The translations under genes and the position numbers were made by a program. From a virus (taxonomy: Duplodnaviria; Caudoviricetes): a stretch of DNA of 64,000 bases. Under the pieces are notes generated by a model, which was not told where the DNA came from, did no database searches, and saw only the letters and a list, made by a program, of their open reading frames with translations. Positions 10,343-20,715 of the stretch are shown here, one piece after another. Position 1 is the first letter of the stretch. Every line of letters begins with the position of its first letter. The stretch lies in IMG/VR virus record IMGVR_UViG_3300018068_000002, positions 21,423 through 85,422 of that record, one strand, 5' to 3'.

Positions 10343-11544
10343 CATAAAAAAAGAAGCTATGCTTCTTTTATCTATTAATTTTCACTAATAGTCTGACCAT
10401 ATCTTTACTTTTCAGTAGTTTCCACTTCGGAGTTTTTTCCTCCTACTCTCTTACGAGATGGTCGATGAACTTTATTCTTCTATATACTTCCATTTGAATC
10501 CACAACTCGTATAATTTTTATGGATAGCCATATTAATAGATTGAGGAGATATTTTTTGATTTCTCGCGGCCTCTGCACAAGAAAGAAAAATTTGTATTAA
10601 ATTCCCTTCTAAATCATATTGACCTACTTTTTTAAGATTTTTACAATTTAATATATAAAGACCATGAAAATTATTTTCTGAATAAGAAATAATCTCTAAA
10701 TTTCCTACCCAATTATTTAATTTATTTCCATTTTTATGATTTACTACTAAATTATTTTCTCTTTCTAAATCTAAAAAAACCTCTGCTACTAACCGACTGG
10801 CTAAATGTGAGTGTAATTTTCCTTCATATTTTAAATTATATTCTCTATATCCACCAAGATTAATCTTCCCTTTTAATATTTTTTTAGTTAATGTATTTTT
10901 TACTTGCCCAAAATTTGAAACTAAAAAAATAGTATTTCTAAAAGGTTCCCATTTTGCTTCTTTTTCTTCTGGAAAAGAAATGGATAAATTAATGTCTTTT
11001 TTTCTATTTATAATATAATTATTTTCTGAAGGGGAAACCCATTCTAAATTTTCTAATCGGTTATCTAATTTATCGCTATTTTTATGATGAACGTAAGTTT
11101 TTATTTCTGGATTATCATTTTCAAGATAATAGATAGCTAATAATCTATGTTGAGAAAAAGAATATTTTTTATTCTTCCATCTTAAATCATAATATTTATA
11201 ACTATTTCTAATAGTTCCTTTATAATAATTTCCAGTTTTTTTATTTAAAATTTCACCTTTTTCATCAATCCAATAAGTTGTTTGTTCATTATTAATTATT
11301 ATATTTTTCATAAAACCTCTTTTTACTTTTATTATAACATAAAAATTCAAAAAAGTCAAATATAGAAGAATCTTAGCTGCGGATTTTCCAATATTATTTA
11401 ATTTTACTTTACCTTTCATTATTACTGAAAGCCATATAATATATTGCTATTTATACTTAGTTAAATAATCTCTAAGGAAGTTCCCGCAATTCAAAAACTT
11501 TTATTTATCCCTGTAAGGCTTGGGAATGGAGACGCCAACACTTA
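10343..11544 (-). mobile_element. group I intron 2 in the tape measure gene
   Basis: 5' splice site after U (GCA CGU/), terminal G before CAA CAA UCU; P AAUUGCGGGAA, Q AAUCCGCAGC, R UCAUCGACCAU, S AAGAUAUGGUC; splicing restores AGAR-QQSRF in frame. Confidence 0.88.
10472..11311 (-). CDS. intron-encoded homing endonuclease with two HNH motifs and a NUMOD1-like C-terminus
   Basis: ATG at 11311 after GAGG; HHKNSDKLDNRLENLEWV and NHKNGNKLNNWVGNLEII; ends KVGQYDLEGNLIQIF...GFKWKY. Confidence 0.85.
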   Translation of the reverse strand: MKNIIINNEQTTYWIDEKGEILNKKTGNYYKGTIRNSYKYYDLRWKNKKYSFSQHRLLAIYYLENDNPEIKTYVHHKNSDKLDNRLENLEWVSPSENNYIINRKKDINLSISFPEEKEAKWEPFRNTIFLVSNFGQVKNTLTKKILKGKINLGGYREYNLKYEGKLHSHLASRLVAEVFLDLERENNLVVNHKNGNKLNNWVGNLEIISYSENNFHGLYILNCKNLKKVGQYDLEGNLIQIFLSCAEAARNQKISPQSINMAIHKNYTSCGFKWKYIEE

Positions 11545-11791
11545 ACGTGCTCCAGCAGCCATAGTAGCAATATATGCTTTTTGATTACGAGTTAATGATA
11601 CCCACTTATTTCCTAAATCATTAAATACTTCATCTAAATCTCTAAATTCTCCAGTAGTACCTCTAAGAGCAACTCCAACAGACTTTAGTGCTTTTTCAAC
11701 TCTATTTGCATCAACACCATCTTCTAATACTGCAATAGGATTTTCTTTCATTTCTACAAATCTAGCGATAATTGTTTTAAGAGCAGTACCA
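11545..11791 (-). CDS. tape measure protein, exon 2
   Basis: GTALKTIIARF...YIATMAAGAR, a typical TMP segment; in frame with exons 1 and 3 (1910+247+5271 = 7428 nt, 2475 aa). Confidence 0.85.
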
Positions 11792-12956
11792 CATTTATGT
11801 TCCATAATAGTCGTTAATTATTATGCGAATCTTATTCAGCTTTATCTTTCAATAAAGATCAGACTATATCATCACTTTCGTGTCCCATTTTTCAGACCAC
11901 TTGGTCTTACATAATAGTCGTTGAACCTGTTCCTATCCGGAACTCGGCGGCTGATTGCCCAATCCATTTATTTTTTAACCATCACACTTATTATTTCTAA
12001 TTATGTTGTGGTATAAATAGTTCTAAGGGGTTCCCAGCAATTTAAAGGATTTAAAGGCCACAGGTAATGTCTTTAAAAATTCTTGGTATTTTCTTTCTAG
12101 ATAAATATTTGAGTTTAAGTATAAAAAATTCAAGATTTCTATTACATCTTGTTTTTTATTAATTTCTAATCTAAAAGTAACTTGAGAATTCCCAGAATTA
12201 CGTATTTTAGATTGGCAAAATTGGTTGAAAATTTTTTGCACTTCTGATAAAAAATCAAATGTACCTAAAATTACAATTCCATTTCTTTTGCCAAATCGCA
12301 CATTTCCATCTCCATCTACATACCCTCTAATGAAATGTTTAATTAAATTTAAAGGGACTTGCTCTAGATTTGGAAATTTTAAAATTAAAGATTTATTTGG
12401 TAAGCATCCCAGTTTAATTAAATTTTCTTTTACTTGTCTATTAGAAAAAGTAATACCTTTTTGGATACCAGTTCTGTCTGGATAATGAGGACTTTTAGAC
12501 TGCCTTGTATAAATTGCATTAGAACATTTACAATAATTTTTAAAATGTTCTATATGTTTTTCATCTCGCTCTTGTAATTGCAAGCCAATCTCATTTCTAT
12601 CTTCTCTTATCCATCCATCAGCATATAAAAAACCAAGCCAATAAGCATCTTCTTCTGTTTCAATTTTCATAAATAGTTTATCCGATACGGAATTACCAAT
12701 AATATATTGGTTTCTATTTGTTTGAATTTCTACTCCTTCAGAAATTAAATTTCTTTTTACTGTATCCCAACCTATCTTTAATTCTTTCGCAATTTGATTT
12801 ATACTTTTATTTTCCTCTAAATATTTTATCTTTATTAATTGTTTACGTTCTTCCTTAGTCATAATAATACCTCCATTATTATATTCCCTATAAATAATGT
12901 AGATTTTATCTAAGAAAAATCAAATAAACACCAGAATTTTTTGACAAAAAATGTTT
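11792..12956 (-). mobile_element. group I intron 1 in the tape measure gene
   Basis: 5' splice site after U (GCC AU/), terminal G before U GGU ACU; P AAUUGCUGGGAA, Q AAUCAGCCGCC, R UCAACGACUAU, S GAUAUAGUCUG; splicing gives EAPEAI-GTALK. Confidence 0.88.
12023..12862 (-). CDS. intron-encoded double-motif LAGLIDADG homing endonuclease
   Basis: AYWLGFLYADGWI and HFIRGYVDGDGNV; the stop lies inside the intron core. Confidence 0.88.
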   Translation of the reverse strand: MTKEERKQLIKIKYLEENKSINQIAKELKIGWDTVKRNLISEGVEIQTNRNQYIIGNSVSDKLFMKIETEEDAYWLGFLYADGWIREDRNEIGLQLQERDEKHIEHFKNYCKCSNAIYTRQSKSPHYPDRTGIQKGITFSNRQVKENLIKLGCLPNKSLILKFPNLEQVPLNLIKHFIRGYVDGDGNVRFGKRNGIVILGTFDFLSEVQKIFNQFCQSKIRNSGNSQVTFRLEINKKQDVIEILNFLYLNSNIYLERKYQEFLKTLPVAFKSFKLLGTP

Positions 12957-14866
12957 ATGGCCTCAGGAGCTTCACGAGTAGTTTCAATACCTTTTGCTAA
13001 AATACCAAGAGTAGCATCAAAACTCATACCAGCAGTATAAGCAGATGATGCAACTTTTTCCATTGAAGTTGATAATTCTTGGAAATCAGCCGCTGAATAA
13101 GCTCCAACCGCCGCAAATTTATCAGTAACATCCATAGCTTTACTTGCTTCCATGTTATAAGCATTTATAGATGCAGTAAGTGTTTCACTAGCTTGTGTAA
13201 AAGTAACACTAGATAATGCGGCTGCTTTTGTTGTAGCCTCAACCATGCTCATAACTTGAGCAGTATTCATACCTTGTTGATAGAAAATTTTTGCTCCTTC
13301 AAGATATTCTCTGGTTGTTGTACTAAGACCTCTAGCAACACGATTAAACATTTCAAAACTTTGCCAAAGTTCTGCAGTTGTTTGTTTTGTAACGATTCCA
13401 ATTTGAGTAATTTCTTTATCTAAATCAGAAACTACAGAAATAGATCTTCTAATAACTTCAGATGCTTTATCTAATAAATAAGTAACAGATACCAATTGTA
13501 AAAGTTTTGTCTTTATTAGATCAGTAACTTCCCCAACTGTTTCTTGTTTTTCATGTAATTTATCAAGAGTAACAGCAGTTCTTTCTATTGCTTCTCCAGT
13601 TTCATCAAAAGCTTTAACTAAAGGTTGTGTGCTATTTAAAATGTTGGTTTTATAATCTTTAAATGTTTCATTATTTTTTTCAAATGCTTTTCGCTCTTGT
13701 TCAAGAAGAGGAGTTCTTTCAATTTCTTCTTGATTTTGAATCTCATCAATTTTTGTTTTAGTTTCATCTCTTGCAGAAATTAAAGCATTTTTTCTAGTTT
13801 CTCTTGGAGTAACATAATTAATAAATTCTTGATTAGGATTTTTTCTTCTAATATCCGCAGCAACATTTATTTCTTTTTGTTTCTCATCATATTTTTCTTG
13901 TTCTTCATTTATTAATTTTAAGGTAAAAAATTTATCTTTTAAAATATCTAGATTTTTCATTAAATCTAAATTTTCTTGTCTTACTAATTCTAAACCTTTC
14001 TCAAGATTTTTTAAATAAGTATCAGTAAAATCGCCTTTTGCGACCCTTTCTAATCCAGTTTTACCTTTAACTCCAAATCTTTTATAATCATCAGGAGTTG
14101 CAGTTCCACTAGCTAATAAATCCTTTGCATCTTGAATATCTTTTGCTTTTCTTGATTGTCTTTCTTTATCTAGTTTTTTTTCTAATTCGGCTTGATCTTT
14201 AGGAATTTCTATTACTAATTTTTGAAATTCTTCAAATGATTTAGTTCTAATATTAAGTTCATTCTTTAAACTTTCAGTAATTTCTCTTTCAATTTCTTTA
14301 TTTTTTTCTATTCTCTCGCCATCTTCACTTTCTAATCTTTTTAAACCTGCTTGTCTAGTAGCCTCTATATTAGCTTCTCTAGCTAGAGTTTTTTCATTTA
14401 TTTCAGCATCAATAATTCTTAAAGCTTTATTTATTGATTCATCACCGTAGTCAATTTTAAATGTATCTTTAAATTCTTCTTTAATCTTATCTATAGCTAT
14501 TCTAGCATCATTAGTTATTTGACCTAATTGTTTTTGAATATTTTGAATATCAATAGAAGGTGTCCCAGAATCAAGTTTAGATGTAAACTCAAATAATTTC
14601 TTTAAACTACTATCAATATTTTCATCATATTTTCTTAAATTTTCAATATCTTTTTTATTGAATTTATCTTTGTTTTCTGCTAGTTTTTTAGCCAAAACAA
14701 TTTCTTTATTTAAGTTATCTAATAATATTTTTGCAGTTTCTTTTTGATCTTTATTAGCATTACTACTATTAATAACATCAACAAATTTTTGTGCAGCTAT
14801 CGCCGCATCATCAAAAACTTTAGTATCTAATTTTAAACTAATTATAAGTTCTTCTTTTTTCGCCAT
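12957..14866 (-). CDS. tape measure protein, exon 1
   Basis: Helical, with TMP core DLDKEITQIGIVT...DKFAAVGAYSAADFQELSTSMEKVAS...IETTREAPEAI; diverges at the intron boundary. Confidence 0.88.
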
Positions 14867-14880
14867 TAACTATACACCTC

Positions 14881-16368
14881 CTATTTTACTAATTTTTTTA
14901 AATTTAAAAAAGCTTCTAAATCACTATCTAAAGCAATTCTATAAGCTTTTTCAAAAAGATTGTTATACTCTCCAGGCGATCTTCTACCTTCTGAAATATC
15001 AAATAAAGCACGTCTTTTATACATATCATATGAATAAAGTCTTTTTTTACTTTCTATATTTCTTGTAGATTCTAATACTGGTTCATTCCAATAATCATTT
15101 GGTCTTAAACTAATAGTTATAGAACCTAAAAAACTTCTATAATTTGCAGAATCTTCTATTAAACCTGCAATAACAGTAGATTTTGGAACTATCTTATCTT
15201 TTATTAATAAAAAATCTATATGTTGTGTTGATTTTATATCTTCTTTTAAATCTGTTCCAACATAAAATACAAATAAAGCTCTAAATAAATCATCAAATAT
15301 TTTCATAAAATGGTAATAATTCTTTAATCCCGTTCTTCCAATTAAAATTCTATCTGTAGAATATTTTTTTAATTTTGCAAAGTTAGCCATATACCATTGT
15401 AAAGCAGAAATTGACTCTCTACTTCTTAAAACTTCACTAGGAAATATTCCTGAAATATTTCTAATACTTGAAGTAACTACTTTAGGTCTAAAAGTTGAAG
15501 TTTCAGATTCTTTAACACTAAACCCATAACTTTTTTCTTTCCCAAGTCTTTCCATCTCAAATTTTAAATTTACTTGTATATCTTGTTTACTTTCAGAACC
15601 ACCTAGTTTCCTTGAACTATAACTAAAAGTTCCACCACTCTTTTTTACCATTGTATCTAATATAGTTTCTAAAACTAAAAATTTTCCAATTTCTCCAAGG
15701 TTTCCAGTTATATCACTTTTAACCCCGGTAATTGTTCCAGCAATTTCCTTTTTAATAAGATCAAAAGAACCACTTTCTAAATCTTTATATTTTAAATTAA
15801 AAAGCGCTCCTCCTTGATCTACTTGCCTTTTAAAACTATTAAGAACTTGCTCAAAAGCAGTTCTTTCACTTGCAGCGATTGGTGCAGAAAGAACTAATCG
15901 TTGGAAACTAATAATTAAATCATTAACTGCTTCAAAACTAGTTGAAACTAAACTTTGAATTTTTAAAAGTTTGTTCAGAGGAGTTGATTCCATAACATCT
16001 TGTAATAAATTTTTCTTAACGAACTTTGTATCCAACCCTTCTCTTATTGAGTCCATCATTAATGTTGTTGGGTCAAGTTTTAAAACTTTTTGATAAAGAG
16101 AATTAAATTCATCAAAATTATTTAATCCAATTGTCTTATAAAATAACTCTTCTCTTTTTTTTTGTTTTTCTAACTGTCTTTTAAAAAAATCTTTTTTAAC
16201 GTATCTAGATGCTCCCTCACTTCTTGAATCATGTAAAGTATCAATTGCATCTTTAAAAGAACTAACTGTACTATGAATATATTTATAAGGTCTAGTTCCA
16301 GCCGCTTCAATACCAGCTTTTCTTAATTGACTATAATAATTTTGTTGGGTTCCTTCTTTTCCTTTCAT
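14881..16368 (-). CDS. hypothetical tail-module protein, possible PD-(D/E)XK-like fold
   Basis: 495 aa; LGEIGKF...KQDIQV...GFSVKE spacing resembles an E-D-xK motif; function unassigned. Confidence 0.6.
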   Translation of the reverse strand: MKGKEGTQQNYYSQLRKAGIEAAGTRPYKYIHSTVSSFKDAIDTLHDSRSEGASRYVKKDFFKRQLEKQKKREELFYKTIGLNNFDEFNSLYQKVLKLDPTTLMMDSIREGLDTKFVKKNLLQDVMESTPLNKLLKIQSLVSTSFEAVNDLIISFQRLVLSAPIAASERTAFEQVLNSFKRQVDQGGALFNLKYKDLESGSFDLIKKEIAGTITGVKSDITGNLGEIGKFLVLETILDTMVKKSGGTFSYSSRKLGGSESKQDIQVNLKFEMERLGKEKSYGFSVKESETSTFRPKVVTSSIRNISGIFPSEVLRSRESISALQWYMANFAKLKKYSTDRILIGRTGLKNYYHFMKIFDDLFRALFVFYVGTDLKEDIKSTQHIDFLLIKDKIVPKSTVIAGLIEDSANYRSFLGSITISLRPNDYWNEPVLESTRNIESKKRLYSYDMYKRRALFDISEGRRSPGEYNNLFEKAYRIALDSDLEAFLNLKKLVK

Positions 16369-16381
16369 ATGCTACCTCCAT

Positions 16382-16412
16382 AAAAAAAAGGGGTAGCAAT
16401 TAAGCTACCCCT
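16382..16412 (-). terminator. Rho-independent terminator
   Basis: GGGGTAGC-loop-GCTACCCC followed by a T run on the minus strand. Confidence 0.65.
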
Positions 16413-17193
16413 CAATATCTTGATTTAAAAAGAAAAATCTAGCTAAAGTTTTTCCATCTTTATCCGGAAATGCTTTTAGTCTAAAATTCGATACTATTGG
16501 GTTTGCCCTTATTCCAAATGTCAAACCTATATTTGACATTAACTGCACTTTCGGCATTATCATTAATACCGTTTCTCTAGTGCCATCCTTTTCATCAACA
16601 AAATAAACTTTTGCTGTCAACTTAAAAAACCCTTTTATTCTCTCTCCGCCAATTTCGTACATGTAAATTCCAATATTTTTAAAATAATAGTCTATTAGAA
16701 CATTAGTATAAGCATTACCAGAACCTAAACTAATTTCATTATTAGTAATTGAAGAAATTGTTAATTTTTCAATTATAATTCCTTCAGAAATTTTATAAAC
16801 AAAAATAGATTTATTAATATCAACATTATTACTAACTATTGCTTTTCCAGTTGCGTCAGTAACTAAAGTTTCTCTTTTAGGAACAGAAATAACATTACTA
16901 GCAATTTCAAAATATTCACTTTGTGTAACTAAATTAAATCCTGTTCTATTTATAAGTCCATCTTCTAAATCAAATGTAACATCATTGACATTTTGCCAAG
17001 ACATTAGTGGAAAATTATATTTCCCACCTCTAATTTCGCTTCTTTCTGTTAATCCTAAAATATTATTTAACTGTATTTTATCAAAATACATAAATACTTC
17101 ATTTGATTCAAAAGATTTTCCGTTTATCTCTATACTATCTGTAGTTTTTAAACTAACTTCATACAATTCTTTTACGCCAAATTTATCATACAT
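16405..17193 (-). CDS. tail tube paralog (minor tail protein)
   Basis: FGVKELYEV, MYFDKI, RGGKYNFPLMSW align with YGIKEVADV, MYFDTL, RGGKGNPKLISW of 17258..18028. Confidence 0.7.
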   Translation of the reverse strand: MYDKFGVKELYEVSLKTTDSIEINGKSFESNEVFMYFDKIQLNNILGLTERSEIRGGKYNFPLMSWQNVNDVTFDLEDGLINRTGFNLVTQSEYFEIASNVISVPKRETLVTDATGKAIVSNNVDINKSIFVYKISEGIIIEKLTISSITNNEISLGSGNAYTNVLIDYYFKNIGIYMYEIGGERIKGFFKLTAKVYFVDEKDGTRETVLMIMPKVQLMSNIGLTFGIRANPIVSNFRLKAFPDKDGKTLARFFFLNQDIEG

Positions 17194-17220
17194 TCTCCTT
17201 ACCTCCTATAAAAATATAAT

Positions 17221-17249
17221 AAAAAAAGGGGATAGTAAAACTATCCCCT
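17221..17249 (-). terminator. Rho-independent terminator after the major tail gene
   Basis: AGGGGATAG-TTTTA-CTATCCCCT followed by a T run on the minus strand. Confidence 0.75.
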
Positions 17250-17257
17250 ATAAATCA

Positions 17258-18028
17258 TTAAGTAAGGTTAGAACTGATATCAACTGTAGGTTCGCCAATG
17301 TCATATTTAACAAGACTCATCATAGTTCCATTTTCAGCTTTAAGAACAGTAATAGTCATATCAAAAACAGTAGGATCACCTTCCGCTTCCATTGATAATG
17401 TAACTTCCGAACTAATTTTTGCTTTTGGAATAATGAATTGGAAACCTTCATCTAAACCTGTCTTTTTATTTCTAATAACAGTATCTCCAATAAGAGTATA
17501 AGTTCCAGGAAATCTATTAGGTGAAATAACAATTTCATAAACTCCAGTTGTACTTACATTATATACTGCACGAACAACATCACCAGAACTTCCACCAGTT
17601 GTAATACTATAATATGTTGTTCCTTTTAATGCTGTTCCAGCAGCTTCAAGAATATAAACACCAGTTGTAGAAGCTGGGGTATATTTTGGAACAAATGTTG
17701 AACTATCTCCAAGAGTTACAAGTTCAGCTTTTCTAATATTTTTTGCAACGGTGTGATCAATAACATCATCTTCATGTGATGTAAGTAATTCAAGTGATTT
17801 CATTGACATTAATGCATCTTGAAGAGTAACAGTAATTTCTTTACCATAATCCCATGAAATGAGTTTTGGATTACCTTTTCCACCACGAGCATCAGTTGTT
17901 TCAGCAGTTTCTTCAATATTTGAAACTTTTAAGGTATCAAAATACATAACTGGTGTGCCAGTTGAATCATAGAGAATTACATCGGCAACTTCTTTAATAC
18001 CATATTGTTGAAATATATTTGTGGCCAT
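17258..18028 (-). CDS. major tail (tube) protein
   Basis: Position in the tail module, small-residue-rich, followed by a strong terminator; ARGGKGNPKLISWDYGKEITVTLQDAL. Confidence 0.75.
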   Translation of the reverse strand: MATNIFQQYGIKEVADVILYDSTGTPVMYFDTLKVSNIEETAETTDARGGKGNPKLISWDYGKEITVTLQDALMSMKSLELLTSHEDDVIDHTVAKNIRKAELVTLGDSSTFVPKYTPASTTGVYILEAAGTALKGTTYYSITTGGSSGDVVRAVYNVSTTGVYEIVISPNRFPGTYTLIGDTVIRNKKTGLDEGFQFIIPKAKISSEVTLSMEAEGDPTVFDMTITVLKAENGTMMSLVKYDIGEPTVDISSNLT

Positions 18029-18047
18029 TATTTAGTCCTCCTATAAT

Positions 18048-18770
18048 TTATTGAATACTTTGTATCCAATCTTGTAAATTTATTTTTTTAGGGTCTGCAC
18101 CAGCCATTATAGACTGCAACCCAGTATTATATTGTTCAAGAATTCTCATTCTTTTAAATTGATCATTAAAAGCATAATAAGAAATATTCCAAATGTTGTC
18201 AATATTTAATGATGAATTTACAGCTAATGAAGCTATAAGATCTGCTAATTCAATTTTATTTTCATCATATAAATTTTTTAATTCTTGAATTTTTTTTCTT
18301 CCCTTTTCTAATTTTTCTTTTATTCTTCTAGCTATTTCATCTTCTCCACGAAACTCAACTTTTTGATCTGTCAAAAAATTTTGTGTTTGTAAAATAAATT
18401 GAAATTCATTAAAATTATTTTTGTTTAATGTCCTATTATCTTCAAATTTTCCTATAATAAAACATTCTAAATCAGGGACTAATAATATATCTTCACGAAT
18501 AAAAATTTTTAATGCTTGCATAAACTCATTTTTAAAAAAATCATTGCCAACACAGTTTAATAAAATAAAATCAAAAGAACTAACACTTTCTTTCCCAATA
18601 ACTCTTTTAACTTCTTCTTTTGATATTGTTAGTAAGTTTAAATATTTAAAAAATTTTTCACTCCCAAGTATTGCAATATCTTTTAAGGTAAATGGATAGA
18701 CTAAACATGTAAAATCAGACATTTCAATTGGAACACCAGCTAATAATTTTAATTTATCAATTGAATTCAT
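18048..18770 (-). CDS. hypothetical tail-module protein (possible assembly chaperone)
   Basis: 240 aa, translationally coupled to the upstream gene; assigned by position only. Confidence 0.55.
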   Translation of the reverse strand: MNSIDKLKLLAGVPIEMSDFTCLVYPFTLKDIAILGSEKFFKYLNLLTISKEEVKRVIGKESVSSFDFILLNCVGNDFFKNEFMQALKIFIREDILLVPDLECFIIGKFEDNRTLNKNNFNEFQFILQTQNFLTDQKVEFRGEDEIARRIKEKLEKGRKKIQELKNLYDENKIELADLIASLAVNSSLNIDNIWNISYYAFNDQFKRMRILEQYNTGLQSIMAGADPKKINLQDWIQSIQ

Positions 18771-19242
18771 TGTTTACAAATACCATTGAATATCCTGCAT
18801 AATATGGGGATAAAACTACTCTTTCCGCGCCAACAAATTTTAGTGTTCCTACACCATTTAATCTACATCCATTTATCATTGATTTAACTTCTTTCATAAT
18901 TGAAAAAGGTCTTAAATTATTCGAAGTTGCCCATTCATCAATAGGACAAATAACATCTATTCTTACTACCGAATCTAAGAATTCTTCATTCTCACCATTT
19001 ACATTAAAATCATCAAAAAGTAAAACTAAGAAACTTCCTTTTACATTTTCAAAATCAGGTATTTTAGGGACATAAATAATATTTTTAGTTATAAGAATTT
19101 CTGGATTTTCTAAATCATCTTCTATTAAAGGATTATTACTTGTATAATACAATAATTTACAAAGATTTGAATTTGCCAAAAGCATATTAGCCATTGTTAT
19201 TAAATTTTGTCCAATAACATTAAAATCTCTTTGATTTGACAT
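18757..19242 (-). CDS. putative tail terminator/completion protein
   Basis: 161 aa; size and position between head-closure and tail genes. Confidence 0.55.
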   Translation of the reverse strand: MSNQRDFNVIGQNLITMANMLLANSNLCKLLYYTSNNPLIEDDLENPEILITKNIIYVPKIPDFENVKGSFLVLLFDDFNVNGENEEFLDSVVRIDVICPIDEWATSNNLRPFSIMKEVKSMINGCRLNGVGTLKFVGAERVVLSPYYAGYSMVFVNNEFN

Positions 19243-19246
19243 ATTA

Positions 19247-20449
19247 TCACCATATACTTACAACAGTAATGTCTTTAGTTATATCACCATATATTGTTGT
19301 AGCCTTTAATGTTACTACTCCTGTTAAACCACTCGTATTAGCTATGAGAGTACAAGATGTATTATCATAAGACGAAATAGTAACAAAATTATTTGAGTTA
19401 TTTAATAATGTAAAAGTTGAATTAATTTCTACTGGAGTATTTCCAATATGGTGAAATACTGTATATGTTCTAGTTCTTCCCCACTTAATATTCTCATCAC
19501 CAACAATAAGTAATATATTAGTAATATTAGATGTACTAATAATATTTATATTGCAAGTTGTTGATAGTAATGAATTAGAATCTGAAATTATAAGGACTCC
19601 AGAACCATTTGTTATTCCAGTAATAGTTAAATTATTAATATTATAGTAAACAGGATTATCAACTGTTGAAAGAACAAATGTTGCTCCCTCAATTCTTTCT
19701 CCATTTTTATATAGAATTGGAGTAAACGTAAAACTTTCTCCAGTTTCAATTGACAAACTAGTAATACCTATATCTATATATGAATTATTTAAAGTTGTAT
19801 AGTTTGCGATATCTAATGAAACATTATCATCCATTCTATCTACATTATCTTCAATTAAACTCATATATAAAATTCCATTTGCGCTTATTAAATCCTTTTC
19901 AACCATTCTCCAAGCTTCATTTTGTATAATAAATTTTTGATTTTTAGGAATAGTTTTAAAAGGAAGAATTATTTCTAAAAATTTGTTTTCCAAAGGAGTT
20001 ATTAAACCATTCCAAGTTCTAAAATTATCTTCAACTTTATTTGACATAGAACTAAATAAATAACACCAACATTCATTGAGTACTCCATAATCATCAATCC
20101 ACTTAAGATTATAATTACATCTAATAACAAGAACTTTATTGTAAGATTCTAAAGTTCTTTTTTCTTTTCTCAATACTAACCAATAATCATCATACCAGAG
20201 AGTTAAGTCTCCAACTGAAACAGTTATATCAAGTGGAATAAGAAAATATTTAGTTAATTTATTTTCATCTTGTTTATTATCATGGATTGCGGCAAGAGTA
20301 TCAATATTATGTATAGTTATTTGATCAGCATTTGGTGAAGTTAATAAATAATCCTCAAAATATTTTTTACCAATATTTAAATATTGTTCTTTAGAGGTCG
20401 TTCCCCACCAATTTCCTCTTTTTTTGTAAACATCATCGAAATAAGTCAT
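19247..20449 (-). CDS. putative head-closure/neck protein with beta-rich (Ig-like) C-terminus
   Basis: 400 aa; N-terminal VSVGDLTLWYDDYWLV...RCNYNLKW; position after the adaptor. Confidence 0.55.
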   Translation of the reverse strand: MTYFDDVYKKRGNWWGTTSKEQYLNIGKKYFEDYLLTSPNADQITIHNIDTLAAIHDNKQDENKLTKYFLIPLDITVSVGDLTLWYDDYWLVLRKEKRTLESYNKVLVIRCNYNLKWIDDYGVLNECWCYLFSSMSNKVEDNFRTWNGLITPLENKFLEIILPFKTIPKNQKFIIQNEAWRMVEKDLISANGILYMSLIEDNVDRMDDNVSLDIANYTTLNNSYIDIGITSLSIETGESFTFTPILYKNGERIEGATFVLSTVDNPVYYNINNLTITGITNGSGVLIISDSNSLLSTTCNINIISTSNITNILLIVGDENIKWGRTRTYTVFHHIGNTPVEINSTFTLLNNSNNFVTISSYDNTSCTLIANTSGLTGVVTLKATTIYGDITKDITVVSIW

Positions 20450-20715
20450 TCATCAATCACTAATGTATTAGTTAAATTAATACATTCAAAAATTGTCTTT
20501 CTAAAGAAAAAATAGTTAAGATAGTGTAGGGAACTAATCTTCGCTCTTAATTTCCAATAATTAATTGAATTTAATTCTTCTTCAAGTCCGAGTAACTCTA
20601 TATAAATCGAATCTAAATATTCTTCCCATTTTCCTTTATTTTCTTTTTCACAAAGTAAACCATAAAGATTACCTGCTAATTTATTTTTATAGCCTGCAAA
20701 AAACTCATTACTCAA
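20446..20715 (-). CDS. hypothetical neck-region protein
   Basis: Probable TTG start at 20715 after GGTGG; overlaps neighbours by a few nt. Confidence 0.55.
   Translation of the reverse strand: MSNEFFAGYKNKLAGNLYGLLCEKENKGKWEEYLDSIYIELLGLEEELNSINYWKLRAKISSLHYLNYFFFRKTIFECINLTNTLVIDE

Noticed and set aside
5072-14866. Three separate tail genes, as the ORF track suggests
   Set aside because: Their apparent starts and stops lie in intron sequence; splicing gives one in-frame TMP.
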